From a phage, in sequence record PX651718.1: 52,949 bases of DNA; one strand, written 5' to 3'. Within the stretch, counting starts at the first letter, position 1. Every line of letters begins with the position of its first letter. Made by a program: the position numbers and the translations under genes. A model generated the notes under the pieces. The model was not told the origin of the DNA. It ran no database searches and worked only from the letters and a program-made list of their open reading frames with translations. Below, piece by piece: positions 48,438 to 52,949 of the stretch.

Positions 48438-48972
48438 CATTGCTCAAGCAGTAGAACAGCTAAAGTCCTGGCGTAGAGATGAAACCTTATTGGTTCGTTT
48501 CTACACAGGCGAAACTAATTCTGAATTTGTAGATGCGTGGATTGATGGCCTGTCTTGGCGTCATTATGACTTCAACATGCGAGACTATTTGCATGAAGAA
48601 TACGGCATTGAATATCCAGAAGACGGTACATATGACGTAATTGAGTCAAATGAAGAAGATGTTACCGAAGTTTGCTTTGTTGACGGGCTGTTCAGCATTC
48701 GTAAATACGACAAGTTCAACGAACTGCTTGTTGATACTGATTTGGATGTAATTCTTGCAGCATTCCGTAGTGGTGATATTGATATTTTCACTGTGGATGA
48801 TTTGAACGACATGTTCATCACACGTTGCGACTCAATTACAGAATATTTGAAGCAAAGTGAGGCACTGGATATTCCAGACCGCCTTGCACCATATATTGAT
48901 TGGGATGCAATCACCAGAGATTATGGAAGTGACTACATTTTCTCTGAGGGAATATTATTCTTAAATGCGTGA
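48424..48972 (+). CDS. hypothetical acidic protein
   Basis: Track ORF. Confidence 0.5.
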   Translation: MQNDSIAQAVEQLKSWRRDETLLVRFYTGETNSEFVDAWIDGLSWRHYDFNMRDYLHEEYGIEYPEDGTYDVIESNEEDVTEVCFVDGLFSIRKYDKFNELLVDTDLDVILAAFRSGDIDIFTVDDLNDMFITRCDSITEYLKQSEALDIPDRLAPYIDWDAITRDYGSDYIFSEGILFLNA

Positions 48973-49276
48973 TTTAAATATTGCTGAACTTGAGGCTGGA
49001 TTGATTGTTCACCACCAGCCTCGAAACACTTTCTATCGTATTCTTGGGCCTACAAAGATTAAAACTCACTGCGGAAGTTGGGTGGATGGGTTTGCTTACC
49101 AAGAAGTGAAGAAGTACGGGGGACCATACTTTCTTAAGTATTGATTCTTCTACCATCTACACACGACCGAAAGAGCTATTTGACTCAGACTGGAAAACAC
49201 TATAGTTCCAGGCGGGTTTCTTCGAAGTGCCAAGCGGGTTTTGTGCTCGCATTGGCCTTCGGCTTTAGTCTGAAAC

Positions 49277-49292
49277 ATTAGTGGGATTTGAT
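49277..49292 (+). promoter_or_regulatory. promoter-like motif variant ATTAGTGGGATTTGAT preceded by TCTGAAAC
   Basis: Upstream TCTGAAAC is shared with the copies at 49417 and 51572. Confidence 0.35.
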
Positions 49293-49416
49293 TCTGACCA
49301 CTTAGGGAAGAAAGGCATTATACACTTATCGCCAAATGGGTGTCAAGCACTTTCTTCATTTATTTAATTTATTCTTATTATTCTTTTTGTTTGGAATATT
49401 GGAATAATTCTGAAAC

Positions 49417-49432
49417 ATTAGTTGGAGATGAA
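49417..49432 (+). promoter_or_regulatory. promoter-like motif ATTAGTTGGAGATGAA preceded by TCTGAAAC
   Basis: Immediately upstream of the ATG at 49433; the motif's GGAG doubles as RBS. Confidence 0.45.
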
Positions 49433-49609
49433 ATGATTAAAGTTCTGGAAAAAGATACAGTAACTTTCACACGCCAATGTCGGTTATGTGCTTCTGTTGT
49501 GTCTTATGAATTCTCGGACTTAAAGATATACACAGGGAAGAATGACCGAGGATATTTCGCATATAGATTTATCACTTGTCCTGTTTGCAAGAAAGACATT
49601 CGACATTAG
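49433..49609 (+). CDS. small zinc-ribbon protein (58 aa)
   Basis: CRLCAS ... CPVCKK; ATG at 49433, in frame with track ORF 49340..49609. Confidence 0.5.
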   Translation: MIKVLEKDTVTFTRQCRLCASVVSYEFSDLKIYTGKNDRGYFAYRFITCPVCKKDIRH

Positions 49610-49620
49610 TTGGAATTGAA
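49605..49620 (+). promoter_or_regulatory. promoter-like motif ATTAGTTGGAATTGAA
   Basis: 14 of 16 match; followed by about 640 nt without a convincing ORF. Confidence 0.4.
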
Positions 49621-50255
49621 ACAACATCAGATAAGAACTTTGTAACTAGGTAGTCCGTCTGGTACCAAGGCGTGTGAGAACGTTCGATTCGTTCTACAAA
49701 GTTCTTTTCGATGGAATGTTTCCATCATATTACATTTATCTTTTAACATAGGCCATAGGGCCGGAATACTTCTTCGCAGAAAAGCTATTCACTTGTTATA
49801 GGCGATGTATTGGGATGAATTGGAACTAAATAAGCAAGCTGTTAGGGCTGAATAATTAGAGGGTTATGCCTCATGCTTATGTTAGTCATTCGAAAATAGG
49901 TTTGTGCCACAAGCTGCTGGTGCTCTGAGGAAGTCGGACAAACAGGGCTTAGAGTGGCATAATCCGCACAAAACCGCGCCACCAGCTATGCCAAAGCGGG
50001 TGGATTGGGTGAATGTATTGGGAAGGGTTGCAAAGCCTCTGTGACACGCCTGAGCCGCAAGGCGACGACACTCATGTGATTAGCGTATCGCACCCTAACG
50101 GGAGTAACCCTTCACCAATGCAGTTATCCAGAATTGACACAAACGGTAGGCAGCGGCCCGATTTTCGGCCTTCCTGCGCTACCCTGTGGCCTGTTCATGG
50201 GCCAAAAGATGAGAAGAGAAGTCACAAACACTGAATCGAAAATTGGAGAGTTCCT
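49621..50255 (+). ncRNA. candidate structured non-coding RNA region (unclassified) downstream of a promoter-like motif
   Basis: No credible ORF on either strand; several stable hairpins including tRNA T-arm-like GAGAACG-TTCGATT-CGTTCTA with acceptor-like pairing CTTTGTA/TACAAAG (49638-49702). Confidence 0.3.
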
Positions 50256-50576
50256 ATGATTCGCAAGCATTCTGCTAAAGTTTTGACGTTGAGAAATGTA
50301 CTAATGTTCCCTTCAAGTGGGGAAGGAGAGGAAGAAACAATCCACTTCGTTCTCGTTGGTGGGCGTTGGTACTATAACGGCACCAATTCTTTCCACGTAA
50401 GTCTGTCGGAGAAAGATGGATTCTGGAAGCACACCTTTAAGGAGTTGCTTGAAAGCAGTGCCAACTACACCCTTGCCGAAGTTAAGAAATATTTCTACTA
50501 CGGCCCAAACAAGTCCATGCAAATCGCAACTCGCAATTGGACAACAAACCAACCGATTTACGGAGTTCCATTTTGA
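50256..50576 (+). CDS. hypothetical protein
   Basis: Track ORF with GGAGAG RBS. Confidence 0.55.
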   Translation: MIRKHSAKVLTLRNVLMFPSSGEGEEETIHFVLVGGRWYYNGTNSFHVSLSEKDGFWKHTFKELLESSANYTLAEVKKYFYYGPNKSMQIATRNWTTNQPIYGVPF

Positions 50577-50863
50577 ACTTACAAGACAAATCTAAAGAAG
50601 AGTTGATTGAGATTATCCAGAAAGAGCACGAACTCGCTGGCATCACAATTAACTTTGAACTCCAGGCAATGCAAGCTGTTGCTTTGGGTCATGGTCTAAT
50701 GGCTACACTCATTCATGCCAAGAATGTGTTAGGCGTTGACAACGAAAAATACCAAATTCTGGAGAAAGCTGCGCAAGAGCGGATTTCGCAGTGCTTGGTG
50801 ACATTAGTTGATTTGGGAATCGACGCAGAAACTGCGAACAAACGTATCCTACAAGGCCACTAA
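50573..50863 (+). CDS. hypothetical protein (TTG start overlapping the previous stop)
   Basis: TTG at 50573 with GGAG 7 nt upstream; in frame with track ORF 50537..50863. Confidence 0.45.
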   Translation: MNLQDKSKEELIEIIQKEHELAGITINFELQAMQAVALGHGLMATLIHAKNVLGVDNEKYQILEKAAQERISQCLVTLVDLGIDAETANKRILQGH

Positions 50864-50865
50864 AA

Positions 50866-51540
50866 ATGTCTTATCATGATGATGACAAAGAGATTGCACT
50901 ATCAACGTGTAAGCAATGGCTCAATGATAATGATGCCGTCTATCTTGCCAAGGAAGATGTTATCATTATGTGGGTCCATTTTAATCCAGAATCGAAGCGC
51001 GGTGAGTGGCAACGCTACAAGATGAAAGAGGCTTGTCGCATAATTAAAGCCACACGCGCTGGCTTCTCCGCCATGAAATATATTAAGCCGGAGATGCTGA
51101 TGCTTGCTGCACAGGAAGAAGAACGTGCATATAAGCAGGCTGTTAAATCTCGTTCAACTGTTCCTCCAGAGTTCTTTAATTTGGAGCGCGCTGGACACTT
51201 CAACAATTTAGAAATGTTGACACTGTGCCTGTTGCAAGAATTAGTTGGAAGAGGACAAAACATTGAAGCTGTTTGTCTTGGAGAACTTATGAAAGAGTTG
51301 TTCTCGGCAAAGGGCTTTGCTGTGCCAAATCGAACTTTACGCTGGAAATTGTTGCGAGCAGTCGCGCAAGAAGCTGGTGTAGTTGTTCGTGACAGAACAA
51401 ACCGACTCACTGTAACTGGAGTTGGGCGTTTTGTAGCAATCCAGATTGAGGGTTATGACGAATCAATCATCACTGAACTCACTGTCGCTGAGACAAAGGA
51501 TTTAGTAAATAAAACACTAGAACGATTCAACAGATACTGA
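50866..51540 (+). CDS. hypothetical protein (224 aa)
   Basis: Track ORF. Confidence 0.55.
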   Translation: MSYHDDDKEIALSTCKQWLNDNDAVYLAKEDVIIMWVHFNPESKRGEWQRYKMKEACRIIKATRAGFSAMKYIKPEMLMLAAQEEERAYKQAVKSRSTVPPEFFNLERAGHFNNLEMLTLCLLQELVGRGQNIEAVCLGELMKELFSAKGFAVPNRTLRWKLLRAVAQEAGVVVRDRTNRLTVTGVGRFVAIQIEGYDESIITELTVAETKDLVNKTLERFNRY

Positions 51541-51571
51541 GTCGTTTGACGAATCAGAGCAGTTCTGAAAC

Positions 51572-51587
51572 ATTAGTTGGATGTGGA
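51572..51587 (+). promoter_or_regulatory. promoter-like motif ATTAGTTGGATGTGGA preceded by TCTGAAAC
   Basis: 15 of 16 match; about 75 nt upstream of the next ATG. Confidence 0.45.
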
Positions 51588-51663
51588 AAGAGAAAGGCTC
51601 TTTAATTTTATCTAAGTCACGTCACCGTGGCGTGCAAAACTATTCAATATAAGGTATATACAA

Positions 51664-52002
51664 ATGGCTAAGATTGTAACCGTAACTCAGTACGAAGCTA
51701 ACGATGGTTCCCTGTTCCTGACCGAAGCAGAGTGTAATGCACATGACTTCAAACTGGAAAACGGTGCTAAAATTGAGAAAGCTGCCGAAGCGTACCTGAA
51801 CACCGTTGGCGCTATCGACCGTTCTCGCTCCATGCAGAAGAACACCATCGAGCAGTTCCTGGCATTCTACCTGCCGTGGGTTGAAGCTGGTGAGCCGGAA
51901 GTTGAGCGTACTAAGTTCGATACTCCGAAAGAAGCTAAAGTTGCTGACGCAGTTGTCGCAGAAGCTGCCGAAGCTGCTGTAGAAGAAGCTCCGGTATTCT
52001 AA
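51664..52002 (+). CDS. hypothetical protein with acidic Ala/Glu-rich C-terminus ending in F
   Basis: Track ORF with AAGGTATA RBS; codon usage resembles highly expressed E. coli genes; ends AEAAVEEAPVF. Confidence 0.55.
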   Translation: MAKIVTVTQYEANDGSLFLTEAECNAHDFKLENGAKIEKAAEAYLNTVGAIDRSRSMQKNTIEQFLAFYLPWVEAGEPEVERTKFDTPKEAKVADAVVAEAAEAAVEEAPVF

Positions 52003-52908
52003 GTTGCCGATGGCAAACTTGAGAGACTAAGCTAAATCGATCTGGCATGCACTGGAAGTTTTCCGGTGCTGCCTTGAACCCACTCTGAAAGGAAGAGTGG
52101 GCTTCAATGAGCATTCTTGTGATTAGAGTTGGGAGGAAGGCCGATGCCCAAGCTCATGGCCCAGACGAGAGTGTTCATTGAAGTAGTTTTCTGAGTCTTA
52201 CGACGGGCCTAAACTGCCTGGAGTTATTGCGACTGTTTTATTCATTTAAAATAAATGCAAATGATTCTGAAATGCGAGTTGCGGCTTAATTAAATTTAAG
52301 TCCTCTCCGTGGTCTTCCAATCCCACGTAACCAAATTTGGCGCATTGTGGCTTCGAGATGTGATTAATAAATCGGAGCAATAATTAATTTGTATTCTGCG
52401 ATGCAATGCAGGCTTAAGTCCCTCAGTGCGCGTGGGGATGTGACAGAGTACAAACTTAATTATGCAGTTGGATATTTCTAGAGGACGGACGAGCACACTG
52501 GAATGTCTTCAATTGGTTTAGTGTGAGAAGCTATGCCAATATGAAACGTAACTCCTTGGGGAAGTGCTCCTCTGGATTTCCCTCCACACAGGAATCTCAA
52601 GCCTGTGGCAGCGACTTCGAAGCTGCACTGCGTAACCTAAATTCACCCTAAAGTGAGTTGCCCTGAGTATGGAAATAAACTGCTCATAACCGATGGTATC
52701 TACAAAGGTAGATTAAATCAGGTTGCCTGTTGGTACTTGGGGGTTCAACACCTGCTTGCACTCGCAAAGTAGTGCCTTGTACCTGAGATGAAGTGAGTCG
52801 GGACCATCAATCCCACGTTATGTCAAAACACAGTAGGCGGCTCACAGATTCTACAAGCCTCGCAGTTCGGGGAAAACCTGCGTTATCAAAACCCCCCCCT
52901 CATTATTT

Positions 52909-52949
52909 GGACGAGTAGCTCAGAAGGTTTGCATTGTGCTCAGTCAGGT
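52909..52949 (+). tRNA. 5' portion of the same tRNA (acceptor 5' strand GGACGAG, D-arm) interrupted by about 20 nt of extra sequence
   Basis: GGACGAG at 52909-52915 is the exact complement of CTCGTCC at 44-50; GCTCAG occurs twice (52918-52923 and 52938-52943) around a 14-nt insert; joining 52923 to 52944 and on to position 1 gives a standard 75-nt cloverleaf. Confidence 0.5.

Noticed and set aside
38269-51587. Reading the ATTAGTTGGATGTGAA motif as a host sigma70 promoter
   Set aside because: No -35/-10 hexamer pair with 16-18 bp spacing fits the conserved positions; the motif is one contiguous block like phage single-subunit RNAP promoters.

Overview
This 52.9 kb window looks like a complete or near-complete genome of a tailed dsDNA phage with an enterobacterial host; every credible gene is on the + strand. 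The window appears to be a circular permutation: one tRNA is split across the window ends (5' part at 52909..52949, 3' part at 1..54). Modules in order: a spanin-like overlapping pair; a DNA metabolism block (thyX-like gene with two in-frame stops, T7-like primase-helicase, family A DNA polymerase, 5'-3' exonuclease, HNH endonuclease, minimal ligase, P-loop kinase, dUTPase); a head module (large terminase, portal, scaffold-like, small capsid protein, major capsid); a long-tail module (tube/sheath-like proteins, chaperone, tape measure with lytic transglycosylase motif, baseplate V/W/J/I-like, three fibre proteins); holin plus SleB-like hydrolase; an orphan nrdB very similar to E. coli nrdB; a compact T7-like single-subunit RNA polymerase flanked by repeat-rich regulatory DNA; and about 10 kb of small early-type genes. 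Main observations: two probable programmed -1 frameshifts (CCCAAAG at 16566, TTTTTTC at 21976), a conserved 16-bp promoter-like motif (ATTAGTTGGATGTGAA) at nine or more sites, palindromic AATATTG-N3-CAATATT elements, a small protein ending in the E. coli SSB tail DFDDDIPF, and three ORF-free structured regions that may encode ncRNAs. All functional calls rest on motifs read by eye and recalled family knowledge; no searches were run.
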